Source of the DNA: Callorhinchus milii
Lineage: Eukaryota
Direction: 5' to 3'
DNA: 64,000 nt
Assembly: GCF_018977255.1 (NCBI RefSeq)
Contig: NW_024704743.1
Coordinates: 57,972,001 to 58,036,000, forward strand
Shown here: positions 27,829 to 41,316 of the stretch, piece by piece
Position numbering within the stretch: position 1 is the stretch's first letter
How the letters are laid out: the number at the start of each line of letters is the position of its first letter
Position numbers and translations under genes: made by a program
Notes under the pieces: generated by a model
Told to the model about the DNA's origin: nothing
Database searches by the model: none
The model's input: the letters and a program-made list of their open reading frames with translations, nothing else

Positions 27829-27852
27829 TACAGATAAGACTTATGCAAGTTT

Positions 27853-28110
27853 TACAATAACAACTACTTGGATTTACATAGCGCACTCCATGCCGGACGG
27901 TGTCTCAGAGTACTTCAGTAATGGAGGAAAGCGGTGGAGGAGGATAGCGGGATCGACTGTGACGAATGCGGCGAAGAGGTCCAGGAGGACAAGGAGGCAG
28001 AGGGAGCCCTGGTCACAGATAAAGAGGATGTCGTTTGTGACTTTCACAAGCGCAGTCTCTGTACTGTGGGCAGGGCGGAAACCGGACTGGAGAGGTTTGA
28101 AGAGGGAGTG
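27853..28110 (-). mobile_element. L2 tail joined to an internal RT fragment
   Basis: Tail at 27855-27920, then the region encoding HSTET..VKVTND. Confidence 0.7.
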
Positions 28111-28942
28111 GATTATCTCTAAAATAATGTGTAGAGAAAAAAATATTGGAAAGGTTTGATTTTATTAACAAAATAACTAGGAAATCTGGGAACATTCAAT
28201 TCCAAACAATTCAAATTGGGTCTTGTTAAACTGCTAACCCAACAGTCTTTAAGTCTACCTCACTGAGCTAATTCTAGTAGGTTCAATGAAGTTACTAAAT
28301 GGACATACATGAAAGTATTTTATAGTAATTGTCAAGTCAAGTGTAACAATTGTATTTTTGTAAATGAGTCAGACTTTGCACCACACCCAGTATAGGGAGA
28401 AGCTGGAAAGATTTGAGCAGTTGGTCTGACTGCAGACATGTTTTCTGACTCCCATTTTAGCATTCCAGCTGGTAAAACATTCCACACTAAAATGGGATTG
28501 TTTTACCAAAAGAGGGCAAAGTTCCAAATACAAGTCATTTCTCCATTGTAAATCAGTTGCTGATCAGAAAACTGCATCCTTCATCACCAATCATTATAAA
28601 TAGAATGAATGAATATAATTCCAACAGTCTTTCAGCATCACCCATGCACATGTAATGATGAATATCACACAGCTGTACTTAAGCTGCAATCTACAGTCTA
28701 TCTGAAAGATATTCAAACAATCCTAACCTTTACTTAAACAGTTACAAGGAGCAATACAGCCCAACTAAAGTGTGCCAGTGTTTCTACTGCACACAAGCCC
28801 ACATCCAACCTATGCCCCCTCAACTATACCCTTGTATTTCCTTCTCCCTCACATAAATTGCAATTAAAATTAATTAAATTAAATTCCCTTTAATTGAATT
28901 AAAGAAATTCAAAGGATACATTAATAGATATATTCACACACA

Positions 28943-30355
28943 CACAACACAACAACAAATTACATGTGTATAGTACCTTTCATGTTGGGGGGACATTCCA
29001 AGGCACTGGACAGTCAGGGATTTGGCCCTGAGCAGGTGGCTGGGAATAGGAGGCACAGTCGAAGAGGAGGGGCTTGAGACATGCCTGGAAGGGGCAAGGG
29101 AGGGAGCAAGGCGAAGGGACTGTTGGATGGATTTCCAAAGCATGGCGGCAGAGAGGCTGAAGGCGTGACCACCGATGTTGGGGCAGGCCGGGCCAGAGAC
29201 ATGGAGCAGGCCTGCTGAGCAGAGGGGGCGGACAGGTTGATATGGGGTTAGTAGGTTGGAGAGGACAAAGGCCGTAGAGGACTTTGAAAGCAAGAACAAG
29301 GATTTTGAATTCAATCCTCTGAGGGATGGGGAGCCATTGGAGCCGGGGGAGGATGGGGACAATCGGGTCATGGAGCCTGGTGCGGGAGAAGACATGAGCT
29401 GCAGAGTTATGGATGATCTGCAGCTTGTGGAGGGAAGAGTTAGGAATACCTAACAGGGAGTTAGCATTGTCAAGCCTCGATGTAATGAACGCGTGAACGA
29501 GGATTTTGGCGGCCTGAGAAGTGAGGCAGTGGTGGAACCGCACAATGTTGCGGAGATGGAGAAGGCAGAACGAGTCATGGCACAGATGTGGGGTAGAAAG
29601 AACAGTTGAGGGTCAAACAAAATGCCAAGATTCCAGACTGGCTCAGTGAGGTGGAGTGTGCAACCATGGATGGCGATGCTGAGGTGCGAAGGCACTGACA
29701 GGAACCAATCAGGAGGGCATCGGTCTTGTTTAGATTCAACGAGAGAAAGTTAGCTCTCATCCTGGACTTAATTTCTGGGAGACATTCCTTCAGGACAGCA
29801 GTAGAAATGGGAGTCGAGGGTGGAGCCAGAGAGATGGGTATCATCCACATACATGTGGAAGTTGAACCCATGTCTGTAGATGATGTCACCAAGAGGGAAT
29901 ATGTAGATACTGAAGAGGAGGGACCAAGGACAGAGCCTGAGGAACAACACACGTGACGGTACAGGGACTGGTGGAGAAGCCGTTCGTGGAGACAAAGTAG
30001 AGATGGTGCAAAAAGTAAGATTGAAACCAGTCAAGGACAGGACAGTGAAGGTTGAGCTGAGAGAGGCACCGGAGGAGGATAGAATGGTCGACAGTGGGGA
30101 AGGCAGCAGAGAGGTCAAGGAAGACAAGGAGATAGAGGGAACTTTGACCAAAAGTGTGCTGTGGAGAGGAAGGAGCAGAGCTGGGAAGCAATGATTTCTT
30201 CCAGGACCTTGGAAAGGAAAGGGAGGTTGGAGATAGGGCAGAAGCTGGAGAGCAGGAATGGTCCAGGGAAGGGTTTTTTGAGGATAGGGTGAAGACAGCT
30301 GTTTTTAAGGGGGTGGGAATGGTGCCAACAGACAAGGAGAGGTTGATGATGTCAC
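28943..30355 (-). mobile_element. L2 LINE fragment
   Basis: LDLSAAFPTVDH, YVDDT and SRLDNAN motifs; tail at ~28945. Confidence 0.9.
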
Positions 30356-31545
30356 ACACGTTTATTAAACACATGGATTTCTGTCTTGTATTTTATCGCA
30401 TCTTATCAGAACGGGAACAACTGATCCATCACTGACAATGCAGTATACAGAACTCCAGGAAGTTCTTAAATTGACATCAGCCTGGTGTGAAGCGATAAAC
30501 AACCTATACCTTCATATGCCTATCAGCCAATCCTTGTATGAGGTCATGCCTCTGTACCTTGTCTATTATAGACTATAAAATGGGAGATTTATTACCTGCA
30601 TAAACATACAAATATTCTGGCACTACTGAAGGAAACAATCAGTCACAGCTCAATGACCAATGTTAGGTAGCAGTTTAAATCACAGAACTCATAACTCACA
30701 TAACAGCATTCTAGCATGAAAACGCTCAGACATCTGTGCTGGTCGCACGATACTGTACTGTACAGCAAGTGGAAGGAATCAGAGTCGGGATGGCAATCAT
30801 GACCAGAAACTGAAAGTAATATTTTACTTCATATGATGTACCAGTATGCAGAAAAAACTACCAATTGTATACATCTGGCAGATAAATAGCTGTGGAATGA
30901 ACAGAAGATAAGTACCATAAGTACAAACAGGAATGAAGATGACTTTTAGTTTTCACCTTGATTTACAGTATACTGTACTTTGAAGCAGCATGTGTAAACT
31001 TTGTAAGGAAGAAAAAACAAATAGTCTCACTGGGACTTTTGGAATGACAACTAATCACCAGAAAATAGTTGCAAGAGGCAAATATATCAATCACAGAGAA
31101 CTCTCACAAAAATAAACTGCAAATCAGACAGTTTGGCTGCCAGATGTCCAACACACAATTTCCTACAGCAGCATACAGGACATAAAAGTACTATTTGACT
31201 CCCGGAAAGCAATCCACAAATTGATTAACAAGGTACGTACTTGATGCTCGGTAAACAGGTGGATGGAAACTTGCCTAAGGTTTAGCCCCGCTCTCCATTG
31301 TGAGAACTGCCATGTCAGAAAGTTCAAGAGGAAATTGTATAGCTAATAAACAACGTATGAGAGAAAAGAGAGCATTTTATTTTGGGCCTGACCAGATGGA
31401 CAGGAATGGTATTTTCAGATTGTGTGCATTCTAATGCTATGAACAACAAATCAAACTTGTCTGTTCAACATTTAATCCAGGTTTCTTCTATTGACAGAAT
31501 AAAGTTGTATTATTTCTAGTTGCAAACTGTTAAAATCATTCTTAC

Positions 31546-31684
31546 CTTCATGTACAGTTACTCCACAATTGTCACATTGTACTATTTCATCTGCATCTTC
31601 ACTATTTTCTCCCAGACACACACAGCATATCTGTACAAAGTCCATCTTCTGAGAACTAAAGTTCTGGTCTGTTAAAACTGAGTC
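31546..31684 (-). CDS. PHF14: PHF14 exon 4, start of PHD1 (DSVLTDQNFSSQKMDFVQICCVCLGENSEDADEIVQCDNCGVTVHE)
   Basis: 139 bp, tttag/gtaag boundaries, phase 0/1, PHD Cys/His pattern. Confidence 0.96.
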
Positions 31685-32073
31685 CTAAAAGTATTTTAAA
31701 AAAATGAAAATAGAAAGATTCATCAGAAACTTTTTCAAACACAAAGTAAAATACCTGACTTGAAACATCGAGTTAGAAATCATTTTATTATACACAAATA
31801 TCAAATATCACAAATGCAACACAACAAAGTACGTTTGAAGGATATTACATTTCCAAATCTTTCATCTCCTAAGTTAAATCGGTTGGTTATATCGATCAAA
31901 ATTGTTAATATGAAACAAACATTCTCTGATCCTAGAACAAATGATTAAACTATGTAACAAATATAGCAAATCTCTTAAATTACATTCAATATCACCAATG
32001 TGAGGGATTATGGTATTGTAAAAGGTTAATAAGAGGCACTACTATGTAGCTGAACGGCCTGTATATGTGCAAT

Positions 32074-33025
32074 CAACAACAACAACTTGCATCTATATAG
32101 CACCCTCCACGCCGGGCGGCGTCTCACAGGCTTAACATTGGTGGAGCCCGACGCCAAGCCATGGGGAGGGAGAAGGTGACCATAGGCGTGGTCGAAGAGG
32201 AAAGTCTTCAGGCGCAACCTGAAAATGGGGAAAGAGGGGGGCAAGGAAAAGGAATTGAGGGAAGGAGTTTCATAGCTTCGGGGCGTAGTGGCTGAAGGCA
32301 CAGCCGCCTATTGGTGAGCAGAGGATTCGAGGGACAAGGAGGAGGCTGGAGCCAGTAGAACAGAGGCAGCGGGTACTGCTGTGGGGAGAGAGGCTAGAGA
32401 GATAGGGGGTTACCAAGGTGTGGAGTGATTTAAACACTAGAATGAGGATCTTGAAGTCGATCTACTCTGTGACAGGGATCCAGTGAAGTTTGGCAAGGAC
32501 TGGGGTAATCGAGGCACAGTTTAGTCCAGGTGAGAATACGGACGTCAGGAGTTTTGGATGAGTTGAATTTTGTGAATAGTGGAGGAGGGGAGACTGGCAA
32601 GTAGGGCGTTTGGGTAGTCCGGCCAAGGGGATGACGAAGGCGTGGACAAGGGTTTCAGCAACTTGTAGAATGAGGTATTTTCGGAGATGGGCAATGTGGC
32701 TGAGGAAAGCTGTCCTAGTCAGCAACCGGATGTGGGGGAGGAAAGATAATTGGGGATCAAATTCGATTCCTAAGCTGCGCATGGGTTCACGGGTTGCACA
32801 AAGGATAGATCGGGTAAGGTCTGAACCGCAAGACAGAAGGCATCGACAGAAGCCAAAGAGTATGGTTTCCATCTTGTTTAACTGCATGAAATTTCTGTCG
32901 GCTTGTCTGGCCTCATCCAGGCCAGACAAGCCGACAGAACATCAGAAGACTGGGTCGTAGCTGGAGAAGTAGAGCTGAGTGTCATCCACATACGTGTGGA
33001 AGTTAACCCCTTGCCTGCGAATGAC
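32074..33025 (-). mobile_element. L2 LINE fragment (second subfamily)
   Basis: NFMQLN..ETILFG, FDPQLSFLPHI and LHWIPV motifs; (TTG)n tail. Confidence 0.85.
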
Positions 33026-33764
33026 AATCATCATGCAGACAACAGTAAATGGCAGATATACGCACACATGGTCAGCAGTTTAGAGCACAGAAGCCATTTG
33101 GTCCATTGTGTCTGTGCTGACTCATTACTATTCAAGAAGTACAAATGCATAGTCAGTGCATTTCACAGTAATTCCTGTAAAGCGCTTTGAGACATCCTTC
33201 CAACATGATAAGGGGCTATACCAAATGCAAAGATTATTATTATGTACCATTTACCTGCCTTTTCCCCATATATATTCATTTTAGATATCCATCTAAAAAT
33301 TCATACGGATCTTATCCAGCAACGCACTGCATGTCCTAACAACTTTCAATGTCGAATATAAGAATTATGTTAAAAAAATCCTCCAATCTTCCCCTTTGCT
33401 GATTCTCTTAATTATTTTACACGGTAACCAGTGACTCTTTGATTTTATATTCTATAGCCCTGTTAGAAAACCTAGGATCGCCTGCACATAATCAGAGCTT
33501 TGATATCTGTCTTTTCTAATCAAATATAAGTTTTTTTAAAAATGAGCTAATTCAAACAATTCTCAGTAAGCCTGAAGATTTGTGGGGAAAAAAGTACCTT
33601 TCAAGTTTCATGAACTTTAGATAGCCAAAATACATCCGAGTACACACAACACTATCAGTACTGAGAATTTACCATCTTCAAAAAATTCTGGTTTTGACTC
33701 AACTAAAACTTAATTATGGAATCAACAAGACTTCAGCTTTCCTAGCCAAAAATGTTTTGTGTTA

Positions 33765-34075
33765 TCAGTGGTAGCACTGTCGCCTGAGTCAGAGGTTGTG
33801 GGTTCATGCCCCATATCAGGATTTGAAATCACATGTTCTAACCTGACACACTAATGCAGCGCAGGGGGTGCGTTGCATTGTCGGATGCAACGTCCTGAGA
33901 TGAGGTACGGATCAGCCATGATCTTATAGAATGGTGGAACAGGCTCGAGGGGCGGAATGACCCATTCCTGTTTCTATGTGTCTGTGCAACGTTAAACTTA
34001 GGTCACACCTGCCTGTTCAGGTGGACGTTAAAGATCACATGGCACTATTCAAAAAGAGATGCGAGTTTCTTGAAG
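33765..34075 (+). mobile_element. Deu-core SINE interrupted by a CR1/HE1-type tail (~33903-33985)
   Basis: The core resumes at ACGTTAAAC after the insert. Confidence 0.7.
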
Positions 34076-34079
34076 TGTC

Positions 34080-34590
34080 CTTGGGGTTAACTTCCACATG
34101 TATGCGGATAACACCCAACTCTATCTCTCTGCCTCCATCCTCGATTCCAGGACAACTGCTGTCCTGATAGAATGTCTGTCAGACATCCTCATCCTCACCT
34201 TCAAGTCGCTCCTCCGCCTTGCCCCTCCTTACCTCTGCAGCCCTCTGAACCTATATCAACCTGCCCGCTCCCTCCGCTCAGAAGGCTCCGGCCTGCTCCA
34301 CATCTCCCGCCCAGTCCGCCAACCATCGGCAGTCGGGCCTTCAACCTCTCTGCCCCCACCCACTGGAACTCCATCGCACATTCCCTTCGCCTCGCTATCT
34401 CCCTCACTTCCTTCAAGGCACGTCTCAAGACCCACCTCTTCGATCTCATCTCTGGCCACCCACCTACACTCACTGCCCTCCACCCTCCCTGATCGGGACC
34501 AAATCCCTGAATGTCCAGAGCCTTGGAACGTCCTCCCGACGCGAAAGGCACAACACAAATGTAATTTTGTATTGTATTTTGTATTGTATT
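34080..34590 (+). mobile_element. L2 3' fragment with internal deletion
   Basis: YADNTQLYLS motif; tail. Confidence 0.85.
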
Positions 34591-35164
34591 GCAAACTGGC
34601 TGTCATGCTTCACCCACAAAGTATACAGTCAAATCCTCTTCACAGTATATCCTGTGAAGCGCTTTCAGATTCTTGACAACATGATAAGACAGTATATCAA
34701 ATGCAATGAGTATTATCATTGAGTTTATTTCTGAAAGTAACCTTATTTCATTTACGATTGGAAAACAAGCTGTTAGCTCATAATACTTTCATCTCTCAAA
34801 AGAGGTTGGGAGCCAAATCACAGGTCTTTAAGGAGTTAAGCATCAAATATGTCACACTATTTCTTAGGCATCATCTTTTTATACTTCTTCCTAATTAACT
34901 AAGCAGTAGTAAATGATGCCGATAACCTGTTCACGCTTTGCTCTTGTGGCTTTCGGCAAATAAAATTGGTCACTCCATGTTTTTTTGTGGGACGCTGATG
35001 TGATGCATATTGGCTGCTGCGCTCTCCCAAAAAACGCACACCACTTTACAATATATTCTGTGAAGCGTTTAGGGATGTCCTCCTGATACGAAAGGCGCTA
35101 TGTCTAATACAACATCTATTATTGTGATTATTTAATTATAACTGCATCATCTTCATGCATCACT

Positions 35165-35812
35165 TAATTTTCTATAATAAACAAAAACATGAAGGTAGCC
35201 TCATTATAGTAGAGAGTGAACAGTCAAACTGATTTTTTTTGCTCAGCCAGATGTCTGACACATGAAGAAACCCATCACCATCCTTAAAAAGTATCCAAAC
35301 TGAACTGAGATCCATGCATCCCATCTACACATGGAAATTCCAGAAATAGATTGTTGGAATGGAATGCACTCTCACTCTCTGGAGCGACGCATCCCGCTTA
35401 CCTAATTCTGGAAATATTAGCTGCAGGTTGGCAAGAGCCAAGGCTTGGGGACCCCAGTGTGTGTGTTGGGGTACTGCTGGAGTCTAACCAGCTAAAAACG
35501 CACAGCTTGCCATTGATATTAATGTCCGGCAAGCTTTGCTGCTGCTTGACCACCCTCCCTGGTAGGGAGTTAGGACTTGCAAAGTTAACAGGAGCTGAGT
35601 GGGATGAGTCCCTGCCCTGAGTTCCCCACGTAGCCCTCCCCCAGGAGGATCATCACTAGTTGGTCGTTCAACATCCGACAAGCACAGGTTTGAGCCCCCA
35701 CTAGGTGGATGGTAGGTACAAGGAACTCGCTGCAAGCTTCCCGTGGGCAACGCATCTTAGCATGCAATGGGTGAGAGCAATGCCACCGTCTTCCTGTCCG
35801 CAGCTCGGGCAC
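35165..35812 (-). mobile_element. Unclassified repeat copy with internal deletion
   Basis: Reverse-complement match to the 17918 copy. Confidence 0.8.
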
Positions 35813-36229
35813 ATAGTATTTAACTTACAAATTGAAAGTAGATTTAATTTTCACTGCAGTAAAACTTTAAGATCAAACAAAATCCTTCTCATTGCCTGCA
35901 CCTACTGATTGTATAAACAAAATGCACAATGCAAAACATTGAAACCTCTTCAAAATTTAACTTAATCATGGCAGATATGGATAGGCTGCATTTAATGCAT
36001 ATTTTGTATCTTCCATTTCTTAATAAACTAGCACAATTGCCAAGTGTGTAAAAAAACAATAATTTACAATGAATTCACTTTTGTTCAGACTTTCGTTTCA
36101 AACTTTCTAATCACAAGTTTCTTCTATCATAACCTAGAACAGCTACTGTTCTGCAGACTGAATGTTCTTTCTAGTTGACAATGGATCTATAAATATGGTA
36201 GAATATATTTGTGCATATATTTGCAGTAC

Positions 36230-36831
36230 CTCATATTTCTTGTTCTGTGTCAGAATAAAACCATCAGTTGTTCCTTCAGTCTCCGCAACGTTTCTACTGG
36301 AAAGTCTATTTTTTCTTCGGATTCTCTTATCTTCTTCACTAGCACTGCTGCAGTTCTCTTCGTCATCATCACCACCCCCATTCTCACTGTCACTGGCATC
36401 ATCATCATCATCCTCTTCACCACCTCCTTCATCATCTCCATTGTCTTTATTGACACCTTTTCCTTTCTTCTTTCCACTAGGTTGCCAATCATTATCATCT
36501 TCACTATCATAATCATCAAACCCATTTAGTTCTTCTACTGATATCATATCTAACATTGATCTTTTTTTACGCAGATTCCATTTCTTCTGTCCATCGTTTG
36601 ACTCATCAGCCCCAGCTTCATCTCCAGTTTCCTTAGTTGCCTTGACAGTTTCACTTTGTTCGCTGATGTCAGCTTCTTCTGACGGTTCCTCTGTGCACTC
36701 CTCTTCAACTTTTGTGTCAGTTTTGCATTTGTTATCTTCTTCAGATTCTTCTTCACTGTGATTGTGCCCTTGCTCACTCTCCGAACCATCTTCACTATCT
36801 TTGCCTCCACTCTCTCCACTTCCATCAGAAT
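36230..36831 (-). CDS. PHF14: PHF14 exon 3, acidic low-complexity region
   Basis: 602 bp, open frame, AG/GT bounded. Contains KKWNLRKKRSMLDMISVEELNGFDDYDSEDDNDWQP, similar to PHF14. Confidence 0.95.
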
Positions 36832-38253
36832 CTGTTATGAAACAGTCAAATTTTCTGAAGTCAATTTGATTGTCAAAATAGCAGCATTATAGTACACAGC
36901 TACATAAAAACGTGAGCGTTTATTTGAAATTATATTTTGTGAGTACATTTGGATAGTTGAATTGAAGGTATAACTGACTCAGTGTTAATTTTGCAGTTTC
37001 CACTATTAGGAATTTTGATTGAAGCTTTTTGGAGAGTTATCATTGAAGCAGCTAAGATTTATTGAAGAGATGGGGGTGTGTGTGACTGATGCGAACATTG
37101 AACAATGCAAATTATCACATTTCACAGGGTAGAATGAGGTTTTTCATATATCATTTTCATATCAAGGTAAATTTTTAATTATTACTATTCTACCAGAGTA
37201 ATTGAACAACAACAACTTGCATTTATATAGCACCCTTTACTCAGGGTAGGGTCTTGGAGAATTCCACTTATACTCAGTAAACAAAACACACTAGTAATAA
37301 AATATGTTGTCACTGTATTACAAATATCTACAGTATAGCCTCCAGAATATTTCTATTGAAATGGATCTAGGATCACTTAACTTAAACCTTAAGGACCTGA
37401 AATAATTCAGATGTGCAACTTTAATGAATCTTTTAAAGGTTTAAATTAAATTCTGCAACACGCATAATGCAGCAACCTGTAATACCTCACTTCATGTCAG
37501 CCATTATAATGCATTCAAATGCAATCATGTGGATTTAAGAAATAGTGTATTGTAGGCGTGTGAAAACATGCTTGCTCAGGGTGTTGTTGAAGTGTCTTTT
37601 GCACAACTCTGGGCCCTCTAGAGAACACAGATGTGCTCCAGGACTATGACACATGCCTGTCTATTCCCCAACTAGTACGGATGAGATTATAGGTCTTGCA
37701 AGGTATAATAATTCTTGCATTTGATTTAGCGCTTTATCACGTCTTCTGGACATCTCAAAGCACTTCACAGAATATAACAAAAAATTACATTTGTAGAGCG
37801 CCTTTCACATCGGGAGAACGTCGCAAGGCACTGAATAGTGAGGGATCAGGACCCGAGCTTGGGGAGCAGGATTGGGATGAGGGAGGGCAGATGGGGTAGG
37901 AGGCCGGCTGAAGGCAGTCAAAAAGGAGGGTCTTGAGTCATGCCTTGAATATTTAACATTGTTCTTTGCTAAGTATCCTGCCCTTTGGCTTGGTTCACAT
38001 ATGAAGACGTGAAGCACTTGAGGGCAATAATAGGGTGGAACCATATCCAAACACAAGTCGCCACTTTGAGTAGTGTTGAGAGGAACACTGGAGAGGTAAA
38101 ATTAACACCAATTAAAAGTACTTTTGAAGAAGTGAGAGTTGTTTCAATAAGAACTTGGTTTAAAAAAAACAGTAAAGATCAAATTAATTGTTCTCTATCA
38201 AACAAAAAATTGCCTGAGACAATACAGAATAAACCCACATATAAAACACTTAC

Positions 38254-38364
38254 CTGAAGCATCTCCTACTTTAAAATCACTATCATCTGAGCTGTCATAA
38301 TCCAAAGCTTCCAGGAGAGATGTCGCCAATGGTTTGACTTGTCGTTTCTTCGGACCACGCTCAA
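38254..38364 (-). CDS. PHF14: PHF14 exon 2 (xERGPKKRQVKPLATSLLEALDYDSSDDSDFKVGDAS)
   Basis: 111 bp, ttcaatag acceptor, gtaagt donor, phase 1/1. Peptide matches the known PHF14 N-terminus. Confidence 0.95.
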
Positions 38365-38934
38365 CTATTGAAAGTCAGAATTAAATTTACTCAAAAAAGA
38401 CCAATATAAATACTCATATTTCTGCAGAAAACAAGGTAAACCAAGGCAACTCTTGATTTATATCTATGTTAAAAATGAAACTTTAAAGAATTCTGTATTG
38501 TTCTCTTTGGAAAAGAAATTTTAAGAATTTGAAGCCTTCAAAATTAAATGAAATATTGTCCAAACTGATGTTAGAAAATGATTCATTTTTCCAAATAGTT
38601 TAAATACTAGGGAGCAACAAGTTCAAAGGTAGTAAACTGAGATTATGGAGAGAACGTATGACGGAACAATTTTTTTTACGTAGAGAAAGAGTTGTGCCAT
38701 ACGTTACCAGTGAAGGACACAGAATTGAATAGCTTGAAATTGATTAGGTTGAAAAGCAACCAAACATAAGGAATAAAGAATATAACAAGGCAGAGCATTG
38801 CAGTTGAGAGAACTGAAGAAGACAGTAGTGTAAAACTTCATGGCTGTTTCTGTTCCTTAAAATGTTAATTTCTTACAGATTAGACTCCACCGGTGTTAAA
38901 TGGGATTCATAAAAGAGACCAGAACTTCAAAAAA

Positions 38935-39470
38935 ACTGACACATGCATCACCACGCTTAAGACTATCCAAAATAAACAGAGCGTCATGCATCTGTTGAAT
39001 ACATAGAAATTCCCAAAATATTTATTGGAATGGAATTTGCAGTCTCCCTGGAGGGATACATCATGCTTAGCAAGTTCAGGAGAATATTAGGTGCAGGTTG
39101 GCAAGAGCCAAGGCTTGGGGAACCCAGAGCGTGCGTTCCAGTACTGCTGCAGTCTAAACATAGCTTGCCATTGAAAGCACTGTCTGGCAAGTTTTTCTGC
39201 TGCTTGTCCAGCTGGGACCACCCTACCATTAGGGCTTTGGCTTGTAGAGTTAACAGAGCTGAGTGGGGTGATTCCCTGACCCCATAAATTGGTCTGCTCT
39301 TCCAAATCCTGCTGGAGAGCCCGGCTGCGAGAGCTACCATCAGCTGTGCCCTGGAGTACTTCGCACCCTCCTTCCTGGCTTAGGAACTGCGTTGCCGAGA
39401 CCGACACAGAGGTTGGCTCTATTCTGACATTCCGTGGCCAAATATATCACCTTGGAGATAGTTCAGCTCG
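38935..39470 (-). mobile_element. Unclassified repeat copy
   Basis: CAGGTTGGCAAGAGCCAAGGCTTGGGG block shared with the other copies. Confidence 0.78.
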
Positions 39471-40315
39471 ATCACAAAACACGTGTCATAAGATCACAAA
39501 ACACTGATAAAAATCAAACCACAGGTACTCCTAAGTGCCTCCATCTTTGATATCTCGCTGCCAATTGGCTGCCTTCAGCAATTTCCTCCGCCAGTGAAAA
39601 CTGACATAGAAATTACATTGAACTGTAACTGAACAAACCATTGTAATGGGTTAACAGACCCATCTACATCAGAATTGCGATACAAGTCTGCCTTAGCCTC
39701 AGGGTGAGTGCACAATTAAGATTCACCGACAAACTAAAATATGCTGAATTTATTTTGTTTTTGGAAGAATGTGAATCACGCCAACATATGGGGCACAACT
39801 CAGCAATCATGTGCTTGTCTTAGCTGAACAAATCATTTTATTTTAGCCCTCACTGGTGATGGAGACAACCAGCATGGATGGCAAGTAAACAAAAGGGTCA
39901 TCTCTTGTTTAGATAAAATACTTAAAGGAGTAAAGGTTTGCCACCATTAGCTCACATGTTAACTGGTTATTTGATTTTTAAGTAAATGGTGGATTTTTCG
40001 CTATGAGAAGGAAATAGACCTGATGTTCCATTTCAGTAGGTTAACAATTCACAAATGTTTAACAACCTTTGGCCAAATCCCATGAAACTAACAGTAATGA
40101 AAACCTGGTGTGTGAAACTGAATACAACAATGCCTACAGAATACTGAATACCATTACACAACCTGAGCGTGAACTTTGAGCTCCTGGTTTAGAGAAAGGT
40201 CAGTGCAGTTTCTGGGTGCTGCACCGCCCGAGATGCCATCCTCCGGACGAGTCGCCGAATCCAGATCCCGTCTGCCTGTTGAGATTAAAAAAAGGTGCTC
40301 GAAAAGAGAACGGCG

Positions 40316-40575
40316 TTTTTGTTTTGGTCAGCCGGCTGGGTGTCTGACACACACACAAACCCGTCGCCATACTTAAGCGTATCCAAACCAAACTGAGATT
40401 TCCATGCATCCCACCTAGACATGGAAATCCCAGAGAGAGATTGTTGGAGTGGAATGCGCCACTCTCTCCCTGCGGGGACACATCCTGCTTACGTATTTCT
40501 GGAGAATATTAAGCATAGATTGTCAAGAGCCAAGGCTTGGGAATCCCAGAGTGCGATGGGGTACTGCTGGAGTCG
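40316..40575 (-). mobile_element. Unclassified repeat, 3' fragment
   Basis: TTTTGGTCAGCCGGCTGGGTGTCTGACACA terminus. Confidence 0.75.
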
Positions 40576-40579
40576 AGGC

Positions 40580-41045
40580 TGGACCCGTTATCCTTTTTGA
40601 CTCGTTCAGCTTTCTCCCACCTCACAATATTGCCAGCCTCCAACACTACCTCAATCTACCGAGACCCTTATCCAGGCCTTTATCACGTTCAGGCTTAACT
40701 ATGAGCACTCTCTGCTCGCTGGACTTCCCAACTCTTCCCTTTACAAGCTACAAACCATTCAGAGCTTTGCAGCTCGTGTCCTCTCCCGCACTAGGATCCG
40801 TGAGCTGATCACTCCCATCCTTGCCTTGCTCCACTGGCTCCCCATCCCCCAATGAATCAAGTTCAACATCCTCATCTTCACTTTTAAATCCCTCCAACCT
40901 CTGTGACCTTCTAAAACTTTGTCAACCTGCCGACTCCCGCCACTCAACTGGCAACGGTCTGCTTCACATTGCTCCGCCAGCCTCACCATTGGCATACAGG
41001 CTTTCAACCTAACTGCCCCGACTCTCTGGAACTCGATCCTCCGTG
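40580..41045 (+). mobile_element. Decayed L2 fragment
   Basis: Similarity to the LHWLP region of the other copies. Confidence 0.7.
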
Positions 41046-41197
41046 GTTTATAAAAACAGTTCCATACCCGAACCATTTCTACCATTTTATTTCAGTTATA
41101 TGTTTGAGAGTTGTTTTGTGTTTTGGAATACCATGTGCCTGAATGTTGGAATACATTTTCTCTTTGAAATCACACTGATATCAAGAAATCCAGGTCA

Positions 41198-41316
41198 AAT
41201 AATAAAAATAATCCTTGCATTTGATATAGCACCTTATGTTTTGCCCTGTCCGGGAATCGAACCCAAGTCCTCTCGCATGCGAGCCGAGTGCTCTAACCAC
41301 TAAGCTACAGGACTCC
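41198..41316 (-). mobile_element. Internally deleted mini-SINE (tRNA head plus tail only)
   Basis: Reverse tRNA-Ala-like head (41242-41316) abuts the last ~40 nt of the SINE tail. Confidence 0.75.

Noticed and set aside
36162..36825. Overlapping antisense and alternative-frame ORFs in PHF14 exon 3
   Set aside because: They are expected shadows of GAT/GAA-rich low-complexity coding sequence.
41242..41316. tRNA-Ala gene (also 42710, 45284, 24227)
   Set aside because: The stems are imperfect and each is attached to a SINE body or tail, so these are SINE heads.
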